A stretch of DNA of 61,438 nt, the filler included, from Platydemus manokwari (Eukaryota), in assembly GCA_037951405.1 (NCBI GenBank). It is 5 parts of 5 records of this genome, joined end to end, with 100 filler letters (N's around TTAATTAATTAA, not from the genome) between each part and the next. Parts side by side here need not be neighbours in the genome. Positions count along the whole stretch, not along the records: positions 9,497 to 26,195 come from JBBMOY011151437.1; positions 26,296 to 38,500 come from JBBMOY010253337.1; 3 more parts are not named here. One strand, given 5' to 3'. Shown here piece after piece: positions 25,101 through 38,600 of the stretch (position 1 is its first letter; the number at the start of each line of letters is the position of its first letter). The position numbers and the translations under genes are program-made. Under the pieces are notes generated by a model. That model saw nothing but the letters and a program-made list of their open reading frames with translations. It did not search any database and was not told the DNA's origin.

Positions 25101-25456
25101 ATCAAATTGAGATGAGATTTCTAGATAAAATTCAAATCAAGCTCTATGATAACTAAATGATTCTCTAATATATTTACTATTTCAGTCTTGAAACTGAAAA
25201 CATTTGTTTTTTCACATAATGTTTTAGTTAAAGATATTTGAATATTTATAAATGCCTGACATTCATAACCTAGTTTTCTAAAATTCCTTTTTAACTTATT
25301 CATTTCATTTACTATTTCTTGATCAGACAAATAACTCATTTCAAAATTCACATCATATTTTCGTTTCTTTGATTTTTCATGAGATATTTGTGCAGTTTTT
25401 GTTTTAAAGTATTTCTTACACTTTTCGCAGTAAAAGATAGTTTTGGTTTCAATCAT
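22131..25456 (-). pseudogene. Protein-primed type-B DNA polymerase (Polinton pPolB) with N-terminal C2H2-like Zn finger; many stops and frameshifts
   Basis: Motifs appear in the expected order: FYCEKCKKYFKT; QGTGSDW; GINFPMKIEDIKKFNKQNNLSVNVFG; NHDHLNG...HNKCNL; FHNCSKYDFHF; YMKTDVLILVDFYEKFRETYLTHYDLDPCYCYSTPGLSW; YYDANSLFATCM; GFIYEIDLDYPREIHD; FGDTDNLF; SPFDEKR...TWPHGH*. Confidence 0.92.
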
Positions 25457-25799
25457 TATTGACTTTACTTTTTTTATTGGATTTTATTTTACTTTTTAAA
25501 TTTTATGAACTTTTTTATATCCACATAGTAGTTATATAATGGCTAATCAAAGCCTAAAATGTTTTTTAAAAGATGGAAAAAATTGATGAATTGCAAAATG
25601 TGAAAATTAAGAGGCCTGAGTAGGTAAACAGGATAGAAAAATAGAGAGTTTTAAAAATTGATAATTTCTTGGATTTGCTTATTGGCTTTGATTAAACATT
25701 ACATAACTATTGATAGTGACAAAAGATAAAAACAATACCCAAATGATCGATAGATCTAGTAAGAAAGATTCCGATAAACACAAAAAAGACTTATAAACA

Positions 25800-26195
25800 C
25801 TATGTATAATGCTTATCAAATATTCACAAATGTTTCATTTAGATCTTAAATTTGTAGTAGAATCTCGAATTTCAATTTTCGCTGACTTCGTGCATCCAAA
25901 CTCACGCTCCAGTTCTTTCTTTTACAGTTTCTTTTCCTTTCTTCCAAGATATTTTCATACTGTACCACCTACCAGATGACAAAGGTGTCTATTGGTCTTT
26001 TAAATTACAATTTTTTATTGAGTTAAGCTGGTTCATTTTCGTCAATTTTCTTCTACCACGCACTTTTTGAGATGACGATAAAAAATATTATTTTCGTTTT
26101 CACTGTGATCTCTATCTGTGTAGAGTACTAATGTGTTTAAAATTTCCCATGCAGTTTCTTGCGATTGCTTTCTTGATTCAAGGCTTTTTATACAC
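25800..26195 (-). mobile_element. Possible Gypsy pol (protease-RT linker) fragment running into the gap
   Basis: Degenerate coding-like sequence (FKRPIDTFVI...GCTKSAKIEIRDSTTNLRSK) loosely resembling the pre-RT region of Gypsy elements and 14545-14800. Confidence 0.3.
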
Positions 26196-26295
26196 NNNNN
26201 NNNNNNNNNNNNNNNNNNNNNNNNNNNNNNNNNNNNNNNTTAATTAATTAANNNNNNNNNNNNNNNNNNNNNNNNNNNNNNNNNNNNNNNNNNNN
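26196..26295. other. Assembly gap / artificial contig linker
   Basis: 44 N + TTAATTAATTAA + 44 N. Confidence 0.98.
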
Positions 26296-27098
26296 ATTAT
26301 TAAATTAATTTAGTAGCTTAAACAACTTGCGTACATTACATATAGTAACAAAGAAAAATAAATTAAATTTATCTCGATTTTAAATTCCTGTTTTCATATA
26401 AAACATTTATACATGATACTCATTAAAAATCCGTCTTCAAATATAGATAAGAGTCAAAATTTTATTAATAAAAATATGAGAGAAAATTTAAATAAAAATA
26501 GATTAGATAAGAAAAGTGAAGAAATTTTTCACACATATTACAGACAGTAAAATTCTTGTTCAACACATTTACTAGTCTGACTTGATAAAAATTATGATAA
26601 ACAAGATGGTCATGCTGATGTGAAACAAGATCATGTTTCCGAGGTTCAATATATTATATTAATATTTTTATTGCAAATTTTCTTATTCTTTCGTACATAA
26701 ATCATTTCATTTTTGGACTTCAAAATTTCCTTAAACCATTTTCCATTTATCCATAAACAACCACGCCGTAAAATTTTATATTTTAAATAATATCAACTAA
26801 TGAAATTATTATGACCACAGGAAACAAGATCGATTTATGATGTTGTTCGACTACAATAAATGGAAAGATGAATCAACTTGATGATGGAAAACGTCACAAA
26901 CTAATTAGGTAAAATCACCAAATTCAATCCAAGCATATATTTTCCCTTCAAGGTAAAGATTCACATCACGTTTTCTTTACTCAATGCACTCTTACTTAAT
27001 AGATTGTAAAGAAAAACTGGTAAGTAAAAAATATTATTATTAAACTATAAATTATCCATAATAATTTCCATTCATCATAATTTATGTTCGAAACTAAC

Positions 27099-27402
27099 TT
27101 TCCAATTCATTTTCAACGGTAAAAGTGCCCGCTTGACTTGGGTAAGATTTTTTCTTTTCTGATGATGTTCCATTATCGTAGCCTTTATCGGAAATTAAGG
27201 TCGTTTTATTCTCAAATACAATTTCCCTTGTTGCTTCAGTTTTCGTTTTAAAAACACTATCAACAGCACCATCGCACAATTTCAGCATTTTGCCACATCT
27301 TCTTCTAGGACAAATGACTTGATTGCTGGTTACTCGTACGATTAATAAGCAATCACAAGGACAACGGAAAAAGTGTTGACCAGCTGGAGGATTTTTAATG
27401 GG
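27099..27402 (-). CDS. TMEM55: Internal exon of a TMEM55/PIP4P (PI-4,5-P2 4-phosphatase family) homologue
   Basis: Acceptor cttttcatcag| then an open frame PIKNPPAGQHFFRCPCDCLLIVRVTSNQVICPRRRCGKMLKLCDG...ELE, ending at a gttag donor. Matches TMEM55 [42 protein letters not shown]. Other exons were not identified in this contig. Confidence 0.85.
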
Positions 27403-30400
27403 CTGATGAAAAGAAAAGTGTTAACAAAACAAAATAATAATAATAATAATAAAGTAGAACAAATTCTCAATAAACAGATTACTTAAACAAGTTTTCAACT
27501 CGTTGAAATATGCAATAATACATAATATCGATCTTACTAAAAGTAATCTTAAATTACTTTTAAATTATTATATATAGGGGTTATGCTATCTTAATGTAAG
27601 CAAATAACGTGAGTTCGCTCTGTTGACTAAAGTGCGACGTTAACTTAACTTAACTGCTGAATTTAATTGATAACTTCTTACTCTAGGATATTATTTTCTA
27701 TTTTCATTTTTTTATTCATATAAATAAATAATCATTGCTAAATAATTATTTTATATTATTTATTTAATTATTATTTTAACTTAATATTTATTTTTAGCAA
27801 TAATAATTTTATTTTAATTTTAGTTCAAGGACTAACGATTTATTTTTAGAATTTACCTATAAATTAATTATTTATAACTTTGTTTAGTCTTACAATATGA
27901 ACTAGTGGTATAAATGCGATGTACTTACCATTAATGAAGACAGACCCGAAAATCAAACACCTAATACTACACACATGAACTAGTAGATCAGTTACTCAGA
28001 ATCCGGGTGTGTTTTCATTCAGTCATTATTCATAATATAATAATTCTAACAATGTTAATAATTTAATATTTAATGCTTCATCTTTTATGAACAAATAATC
28101 AGATATGCCGTGAAAGTTCGCATAATAAGCAGTAGTATATAAAGTTACAACTGAAGTACCACGAATCAGATTAAAATAAGTAAACTCCAAATTAAAAACA
28201 CGTGTTCGGTTATTGTTCAACTCACATTCCAACCCACATTAATAATATGAATCACCAATCTTGAAAATTAAGTCTGAAAATTTAAAAATTGCGTTTCCAC
28301 GGCATTTTAAAAATTTAATCGCGTCAACATGGTGATTTAATATATTGCTAAGATGTAAGCATTAGTGACGTTGAATCGCCATGGAAAATTAACAATCAGT
28401 GTGTGAGAAAAATAAAGGAACAGAAAATTAGTAATCACTCCAGCAAAAATCTGGGTAAATAAACCCAGCCCAAAATTGAAGAAATGCACATAATTTCAGC
28501 ATACAAATTTATCAATAAAAGTTTATCATCAACGCTCAGTACGCGAAAATTTCTTCAACTTCAGTCAATTATTGGGATAATCCTCACCCATCTAACCTTG
28601 GGATCTCATCACCCACTGGACAGAATAATATTGGAATTCACTCTATCTGTTAAGCCAATTCGAATCATATTTCAATTCATTCAACACTCTCATATTATGA
28701 TTCCAGTGATAATTTTATTATTTGTAAATCGATCATCTCCTTGCAAAGCTCGATGAGATTTGCAGGGACTAAAAATTAACTTGCAAAGCCGACAAAATTT
28801 GCAACATCTAAATTTATTTATTTTGTTTATTGTCCGAAGTAGGACGGCACCTAGTTTCCTACATCATTTGTTCATTTCTTCAGCGCACAACACAAATATC
28901 TTTAAAAATCCTCAGATTACGCATTGTTTAATTTTGTATTATAGTAAAAATATTATTATTATTGCATCATAGCTATTGCGCTATCGTTATTATATTATCT
29001 GAATTATAACACGCAGCCTAATATTCTGATTGGGATCAGATCATCGGTGGAATTGCCATTTTTCTAATTTGAATCATATCAATTTAAATTGCAGATAGTT
29101 CAACGAGTTTAAACTAGTTGAATTATCTTTAATACGTCACACCAAACACGAATTAGCAACAGGCTAGTAGGATGCCATCACACAAAATAAATTTAATACA
29201 ACAAATCACATTTTGAAAAGTATAAATAAAATCTAAATACATTTCACCGTCTTATTTGATATACAATTCAAAATCATGTGTTTATATTTTCGTATATTAA
29301 AGAAATAATAATAACATTTCTCTTAAACACAGAACAAAAACAAATTCAACCCTACTTCAAACGAGGACAAAGTCAAAACACACCAAATTATTCAAAAGTA
29401 CTACAAATTCTTTCAGCGTGGAAACTGCAAATGTAATTCTAAGTTGTATTTAATAAAATTAATAAAACCAGATTTAATAATGAATGCATAATATCGTTAA
29501 TTAGTGATATATGAGAATTAGTTTTATACATTGCGATATCTGATCTGTTCATTCATTTTGTCATCGATATATAATTATGCGATTATTTGTGTCATGAAAA
29601 GAATCATGGGCTATTTTTTCAAGAGAGACTGGTGAAATGAAATGAAATTAATTTAATGATTATGAAATATATCATAAATATCCATACTGTTGCTTCATGA
29701 CAGATCGCACATTGAACTGCTATCTGATTCTGAAGACCAGATATTTCAATAACATTTAGACAAACCTGACATATAACAGACTTGAAAATATTTCCAGGGG
29801 AATAAATCGGTTGACTGGGATGAATTGGAGAATGAGTTATTTCATTAATAGATGGATTGCTGCCGGTTGGATCATCTAAATGATTTCAAGGTATCATAGA
29901 TAACATTAATTACATAATTAATTACATACTTTGATATTGAAAATGAGTATATTCAGTCATCAACAGTAATTTATTCTTTCGTAAATTATAATTTTAAATG
30001 TTATTTCAGTGAAATTGATTTTTATGAAATCCATTAAAAACTATAACAAAACAATATTATTATCATTAACCATTAATATTTATCATCTAAGGTTAACACC
30101 AACAATATTCTGAAATCTAAAGTTCGAAGTCTTTCTTCGACAAAAATAAATGCTATTTTTTTAATTAGAGATTAAAAATAATATGAGAATTAAAATTACG
30201 AAATTTAGATTAAATCTACTGGACCTAATTAATAGTAATATATAATGAATTTTACAATGAGTCGAGGAGAATTTGTTATTTATTGCACTTCGTCGTTTAG
30301 TTATTTGAAAATAACTTTAGTGTCTGAAATATCCATTTTAAAAAGCCACAATCTAATGCTGAAAACTAAAACCGATCATACAAATCAAATACAACAGCAA

Positions 30401-33400
30401 TCTCATAAATAGCATAAACATTAATACAATCATGACCGCTTAAGTCGAATTTGATTGAATGCCACAATTCATAAGATTTATTTCAAATATGACTTCTATT
30501 AAATAAATTGTTTTTGCCTTATTATCACTTCATGGGACTCTTTCGTGCAATGGCTGGTTTTCCACTGCTTCAAGATATCAATTAACGAGATGTCATATTA
30601 TGATCGAAGTAACATCTTTTTTGGTCATATTCGATAGTTATTCAACAAACTTGATGATCTCATATTTTCTTTCGAATGTCTTACTCTACAACTTGCTTAT
30701 TTTACCCATTATGAATTGATAAAAAGATCAATAAAAAGTGTACTCCTGAAAGACATTTAAAGCAATTGCAGATTAAAAACATAAAAAACTCAAATTATAT
30801 AATTTTTAAAGGTGTATCCATTATAGCATATTAATTATCAAATCGATAATTACAATTGAATAATATTATTATTAAATTACTATTAAAACTACTTTCTCAC
30901 AGTGAATATAAGTAATATGTTTGAAAAATTCAACAAATACACATGTGCACACCAGCAACAACAGTCACGATTTAATCAACAATACGACTTATTTACATGA
31001 TTTACGTCATAAATTTTTATGAATTATAAAAGTAAAAATCCGGACTTTTGAAAGCACAACGATATAAGTCTAAATCCAGAATATCCCGACCCGACTAAAG
31101 CGGGCTCAACTGAATTATTAAGTTATTATTATTGATTATTTGATGAACAAATATTTATAGTTGGAAAACTTCATCTACAATTATAGATTTATTTACGTGC
31201 TTAATAGCAGTAAAATAAAATATAAAAGTCACTTCGAAACAAAATCAAATATATGTTTTCAAATTTTATTTTCCGTTTAATCTGGCAGTCTAAAAACTAC
31301 ATCAATAGAATAACAAGAAATACATCCTTGTGAGTAGCATTTTCTTACTTCCAATTCGATCAGTTTCTAGTGGTTATGATCATTTTTTTGAAATTAAATT
31401 GGTCAATTCTACTGCTTATATATGCCTGTGTAATTTTTCATATACGAATTTATCTCTTTAAGCTCTTTCCGTTGGATTTTTATTTCTTGAAGAGGATTTA
31501 AATCTACACAATGATCATTTTCGTGGATCTGTCTGTCCGTCCTTTATACACAGATCATTGTAATTCATTATAAATGCAATATTTATTGAGAAAAATCTCA
31601 AAAAAAGTTATTGAAAATAGAATAATACTTGCCAGCGCTAAGAATTCAGAACTATTGAGTTAATCAAGACTTACTCAAAATATTACTATTCAAAAAATGA
31701 ATCGGGCTTAGAAAATATATGTTCTTGATCCTATTAAACTTTATTCGAAACTTTTATACCGCTGATCTTTTCTGGTGCGACAACTTAAACTTATTAATTA
31801 AACTCAGACTTAACATATTTCGTTAATTATCGTCTTAATGTGTCATGATGTCGGAATCGAAGTTGAGTAAGTTCAAAATTTTTCATCTTGCTCCCTGTTT
31901 ATGGTTTATTCGAATTGTTTATTGATTATTTGTTTAGTAACTAATCTGATTATAATAAAATGTTCTGTCAATCAAATATAGAACGATTAGCTAACATTCC
32001 ACAAAGGTAAACACTAAAACTTAACTTCATGTAGATGTGCAGCATTCATTTTAATAAGTGCGATGATAACATGTGAATGATGGATAAATAAAATGAATAA
32101 AATAATGAATTGACGTTGATGCCAAAAATAAATCTATCAAATTAACGAGGACAACAATTTGAGAATAAATAATATTGATTTGAAGGGCACAATGATTTTA
32201 CAAAATCAATGTTTCAGGAAAACATTCACCTGCATAACATTGAACACATTTGATACCCACATTTGAAACAAAAAGGATCATGATGACCTTTATTATGAAT
32301 TATGCAAAAGTGCTATCAGGTAGTTCACTTGATTATGAAAGATATTTAAAAAATTCAATGGCGTTGTAAAGGAAAAAGAATTTGTAGAGAAAATCTGATA
32401 TTGGAAAGAAATAATTTTGGAATATTCTCAGAAATTGTCGGTTTATAAATTATAGTACATCAATTAAGATTTCTTTAGATTTCATTAATTTGATTCAGAG
32501 GTTTTCTTAGTAGAATTTATTACCCAATTGTCGGATTTGTTCGGTCGAGAGAACAGTGTGTCTGACTCGTTTGTTTTATGTTGATTTTGTTGATGTTTTG
32601 TGTTCCGATGTCTGAAAAATATGGAATTTAATTTATCGGGTATAACTAGGATATTTTAATTTTGCATTAATGTGATTGAAGTCGGCATGGTCATTGATTT
32701 GGACTCATTGTTGGATTGGATAAATTTGAGATTTCTATTTGATTTAATATATTTAGGCAACTATTTGACTATTGTCCGTTGTATTTTATATATAAAGCGT
32801 TTATAACACATCATTTACATCGATTTAAAGAATTTTATGTTGTTAAAAAGGATCATAAATAATGATTGGAAATAATATAAAATAAGATGTATATAATCAT
32901 TATTTTTAGAAAGTTAAACAATTAGATTCCAAAGAAAATTAGCTTCCCAACTTCCTAGCAAGCCTGTAGTATTTTTGCTATTTCAAAATTATTCTAATAA
33001 TATAAGACTTGAAAATACGCAGTAACAATGTTATAGTCTCAGAGATAAGTACTTCAATATATTGAAAAATAAAAATACTGTAATAATAAGATTCATGTTT
33101 TCCTTGTGAGATCAATTAGAAGACTGTATTTATGAGTATCACAACAAAAATTCTTTACAAAATGTCCATCTTTACAGGTTTTAATTAAAGTATAAACCTT
33201 CCAATGATTTTACTCTATTCATTACATATTTTGCTCAAAAAAAAGCAAATGTCTACTTTCATTGTTCTTCGGCACATGTTGATAATTAATATCCCATTTT
33301 GAGTACGTTCTTTTGAATTTATTACAAAACAAGTTATGAATATGACAAACTTTTCATTGTTAAACATTATTTTGCCAATTCAATGAAATCCCATTTACTT

Positions 33401-36400
33401 GCATAGCACAAAAAACATTTTCATTTGAATTAAATTACTTATTTCATAATAATAAATTCTGAAAGAATAAAATCAGAAATTTTTTTTTAATTTCAATCAA
33501 TTTACATTAAAAAGATAATTATTTTTTACTTGTTTAATTATATTTAGGAATATTTATTTCTAATATTACGTTTTGAAAATGCGCGATAACAGCGTGTTGA
33601 TTTAAACTGATAAGATAATTTTATTCGAAATTTATGTAACTATCAAAAATATAGTGAATAAAATAAAATAACTCTGCGTGCATTCATCTACAAAAAACAT
33701 CAATTTGTAAATGTTGAGCGATAAATTTCAAAAGCTTTTAATTAATCTAAGACTAGACAATTAGCGTTTAATTTATTTTCAAACAGATATTTTGAAAATC
33801 TGCCTTGTACTTTCGGTTAACGATTTACTTTTGTTTGCTATATGTTAATAAATGGATGTTTTATTTTACTTCTAGTGCATAGTTTTTTTTATTTTAATTT
33901 TGCCCCGGTGCACTTTATTTAAATTAATTTCTTGATTAAGGAAAATTTTTAAATTAATTCCGCAGAACAGATATGATTGATATTGATGTATTTTCATTTT
34001 TTTGGATTAAAGTCAGATGGAAAATGTTTAATATAATTATTTGTTACTACTGACAATAATATAAATGTGCAAATTATCCTTCTTTATTGCAGCTTAACAA
34101 AGATATGATGTTGGATATGTTAAGTGAAGATGAACGTCATAAAAAATAACTATTTTGGAATTTTCAAACCCATGTTCTGATATTTTGCACACTTTCATGC
34201 CTGCTTAGTCATACAGTCATGGTAACAAGTCATTAATAAGCAGATTAAATTGAAGATTTCAATTTGGTAAAGGCCACTACGACACATACATAAGAACTAA
34301 CCAATCCAAGTCATGAAAAATCGATAAACTCTTATAGGAGTTGAAGAATTGGAAAACTCTGACAAATACAAAGATGACTTACTGGTGGTTGAAGCCGATG
34401 AAAAGAGAAATCAAGTGTGCCCATTTTATTTATTCGAAAATGAGCGTAGGAACTATTATTTCATTTGGATATAACCCAACAGATGCAAAGCTGCAACCCT
34501 GGCAGATAAGATTGTGGTCATGTTAGTTTTTGGGTTGCTTTTGTTTTTACTAACTATAACTATTTTATTCTATTTTCTATCAATCTCGGGTACGCCTTAT
34601 CAGTCTCAGCAAGTCTTTACCTATCTTAAGTAGTAATTACACCTATGAAAATATTAACACTTCCTAGATTATTCAAATCTAAATGAAAATAAGCTTGAAT
34701 TTGTGGCAAATCTCATCGAAATCATTAGTTGAATACATGATATTCATTGAATACGGTCACAAAAGAATCCAAATACAATGTTATATAATACATAAATGCG
34801 TGTATTTTACTAACTGTATTAGTATTAACCCGAAAAAAGATTAAAAATAAAAAATCAATAAAGTAAAAAATATTTAAAATATCCAACAGAATATAAGTCA
34901 CAGAAATGAATGAAATAAAACAATTATAAAAAAAATATTTGAAATTTAAATAACCAAAAATTATTTTACTACGTCAGATTCTTTTTCTTTCGAGGGTTTA
35001 GGGTCACGGAGAAAATTGAAAAAATTATTCCAAATCCTTTTTTATTAATTGAGTTATTACTAATACTAGACTATTCAAATTTAGCAGCAAATAAAATCAA
35101 AAACAGTAGGATGTTGCCCATTCCATGAAGAAGATTTGCTAGAAATCCAAATATCAGAAATCGTGTTTCCCTAAAAAAGATTTTTACACACAAATTTTCA
35201 TTTCAATTCCAAATTATCTACAATTTCAGAAATAATTATAGGTAAATTTGTTTTTACATTTGACCACAGTGCTTGTTCCAATACACTGCAGACTAGTCTT
35301 CAGTTCTCCTCACCTTCATTAATTTCGCACTTTTTAATTTTTTACCCTGAGGGTTTGAATCGTCAATAACAGAATTTAAATCATCTAGGCAATTGCAAAA
35401 TTATCTGTACTTATCTTTACATATCTTTACATTTCGAACTCTTTATATTCATGTGATGATATAGCGTTATTATTATTCGAAGACAAAATCAGTTTATAAG
35501 AGGTTGGGCAAAAAAATTGAATACCTCAACCTTCATTAAAGCTTTATTTTAAAAATTTTCTCGTATGGAGATTCTTCTTATCTAATTTCTTATGAAATCC
35601 CACTATATAGCAAAAATTAAACTTTATTCGCACTTCTTATATTGCAACGATGGAGTGGATTTCTTAGTCACTGAACATGAGAGACAAATTAATGCAAAAG
35701 GTTTTACACCATAGTATACTAAATCTATTGAAAAAAGCCCCAGATTGTAAATAATAATTGATTTGTAAATAATAATTCTGTTTCTGATAATTTCTTAAGT
35801 TTGTGTTCAATTACTACAAGTAAAGCAAGATATTCTAGCAATTACTTTCGATTCCTCATTACATTTTATCAGATATGTTAAAAATTCAATAAAAGTAGCT
35901 AATACAATGTCTTTCCCTTCGATTTTTGTTTCAATCTTTGTTCTACCCGTGTGTGATTCAATAGCAGTCCAATTCACTGTTCAAAATATTCAAAAGCTTC
36001 TCAAGTGTTTTTACTATCCAAAATTGTTCGAATGTTTAATTGTCCCAAAAAGATTAAGTGTTCTTATTCCACAGCACTCTGTATTTTTATTGATCTTCAC
36101 TCGTTAACTGTAATAAATTATTTTTTCATTAATTTTCGTATTTTTTTAGTTTTGTGTTATTAAATCAAAATCATTTTCATTTTTCAGTGATTAATAAAAT
36201 CCAATTCCTTTTCCTGGAGGTTTAATTTTCCAATCATATAATTTTAGGAAACGGTCTACAATTTTTTTTAACAAAATGATTTTTCATATTTTTGTATTTC
36301 TTTGCGGGTAATTAAATTAGTTTTGTTTTTGTTATTAGCATTTATTTATTTATTCATTTTTTGTATTATATTTGTTTTAATGTATGGTCCTATTTTATGC

Positions 36401-36680
36401 TTATCCATTACATATTATGTACATAGCCTTTTTTTCTAAAATACTGGAATTGAATTATAAATTATTCTTGCTATGATTTACTAAATTATTAAATGTTTTA
36501 TACGATTATGTATGTATTATTATGTATCGCATTGTCTTATTTTCCAAAATTTATTTAACAAAACCCATTTATTATATTAATCCTTCATTCATTATACATT
36601 AATAAACATGACGAGTACAAACTACAAATATCACGGAAATTAAGAAAAGATTGATAGACACAAATATTAAAAATGTTAAA

Positions 36681-37320
36681 TGTCGCTCAGAGTCCTGTAA
36701 AACCTATTCCTGATCTGGATTTATGATCCGCCATTCACGGATTACCTGAGAGATCTCCACCATGGACTGATGGTAATACAACGACTGTTTGACTTAGTCC
36801 AGTCATAGATGTCGTAATCAGCTCTTACTCTTCTATTAAACAAAATATGGGGTTTTGGTTGCGATTAATTTTATATTTTACTGGTTCTAAGGGCTTCAGT
36901 AACTGGTGTGATGACCGAATTACTGGAAAGTGATTTAAATCTAAAATAAATAACTGAGCGCCCAGGAACTGAAGTGGCTCTGAGCTATGTTCTAAAGTCC
37001 AAGTCGCTAATGGCTCAAAATAATTTACGACGCTATATACTCCGTAAGAAAACAAAATAATTTCCACTGCTCTAACCGAATATCAGAAATGAGTGTAGCG
37101 ATTTTCTTCAAACACCTAATTTTCAAACAACGATGGTTTCTTGTTTTTATCTTGTTAGCTTCGTCCATCAAACATTCTTGATAGTGTTTTCTCAGATTGT
37201 GATTTGTTTCAAAGTGAAGTGTAGCGTATCCTCTAATGACCAGCGCGAGTATTTATAGGTGTCCATTCTTGTATCGTCACCTGCCGATTTTCTCACGTAG
37301 CTGATATATTCCCATGCTTA
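36681..37320. mobile_element. Possible solo LTR or LTR fragment
   Basis: GC-elevated non-coding block beginning TGT at 36681, with TATAAATA on the minus strand near 37250 and no convincing ORF. No partner copy in the window. Confidence 0.25.
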
Positions 37321-38500
37321 TTATTTTAACTAATCCATTTTTATCTAATTTAACTGATATATTTTTTCCATTTTGTGCTTTTCGTATTTATTGTAATTTA
37401 TTTATTTATTTCATTTAACCTTTCTTATTTCTGGTATTTAATTATTTATTATAATGGCCTGGTTTTATTCTTTTTGATTCAATGGCTTTATTTATTTATT
37501 TATCTATGTGCTCACTCTCTGTAATTATTATTGTTTTATTGTTAATATGTTTCATTTAATTACTCTGTCTATCCACATCTCCCAATTGCTGCTCGCTTCG
37601 TCCGTATACACAAATTTCATACTCATACCAAATATTTATTTCTTTTTTATTAACATATTCATAATAAAAACCATTACATAATAATAACCTTTAACCAAAA
37701 ACGTTGAAACAAAGTTGATTGTTATTATTCAATATTCACACACAGAATTGTTAATATTTTAGCAAAATTTAAAGCAAAAATCAATTGTTATTCACGACGA
37801 GCACACAATATCAAATGATGGTTTCTGGGGCTGTTGCTGGGGCTGCTCTTTTGTCACTCGCCACATTGTCGTCTGTCTGGGTATCTGTCTTCCTCAGGTA
37901 CGATTCTTTTAGCCAATACATAATCAAGGTTTTTTACGTAATGCTACTTAATGCTTTATTTGATGGGGTTATATATTCAGAATAGGGTTATGCACTTAAT
38001 TGTGAATGTTTCTTTGGGGTATGCGTATGTACAAGATCTAGTGCAAAGGTGTGTAGGTACTGTATGTACAAAATGTTTATTAAAAAAATGTATCTGTATT
38101 TGGTAGGGGTGTACCCAACACTTCCAAAAAATAAGGTACTGAACAAATAATATCAAAATATATTTCATTAATTCATATAAAAAATTAAAGCAGTGTTTTT
38201 AATATTTATCATGATTCTGATATGGTAATCCTTTAACCCCAAGCCCATTGTTAAAACTGTCGGTTAGTCTGACAAAATAAATAAACAATAATGTTTGCAA
38301 TTTATTTTAAACAGCAATAAAGATACGAGAGTAACCAAGGACTGGTAATTAATTAAATTTAAAATTTCTTAACCCTTTCAATACGACTTTTGGCCAGTGA
38401 AAATATTTTTGTATTGGGTCTAAAACTTAATAACCGGAATTTGACACCAGATGTAAACACTTGTGTGTGTGCTGTAGCAAATCATTAACATACACGTCAT

Positions 38501-38600
38501 NNNNNNNNNNNNNNNNNNNNNNNNNNNNNNNNNNNNNNNNNNNNTTAATTAATTAANNNNNNNNNNNNNNNNNNNNNNNNNNNNNNNNNNNNNNNNNNNN
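38501..38600. other. Assembly gap / artificial contig linker
   Basis: 44 N + TTAATTAATTAA + 44 N. Confidence 0.98.

Larger units (their letters stand above)
20100..25545. mobile_element. Polinton/Maverick (adintovirus-like) element remnant
   Basis: Contains a decayed protein-primed PolB (-), convergent small accessory ORFs (+), and AGTAGT-type motifs at 20102 and 25527. No integrase, packaging ATPase or capsid gene recognised in this contig. Boundaries approximate. Confidence 0.75.

Noticed and set aside
30420-30760. Possible piggyBac transposase remnant (YFDHNMTS resembling YFDNFFTS) on the minus strand
   Set aside because: A single weak motif with stops; not supportable without a search.
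38369-38500. TTAA-CCCTTT piggyBac-like terminus
   Set aside because: No matching opposite end in the contig, and the motif is short enough to arise by chance.
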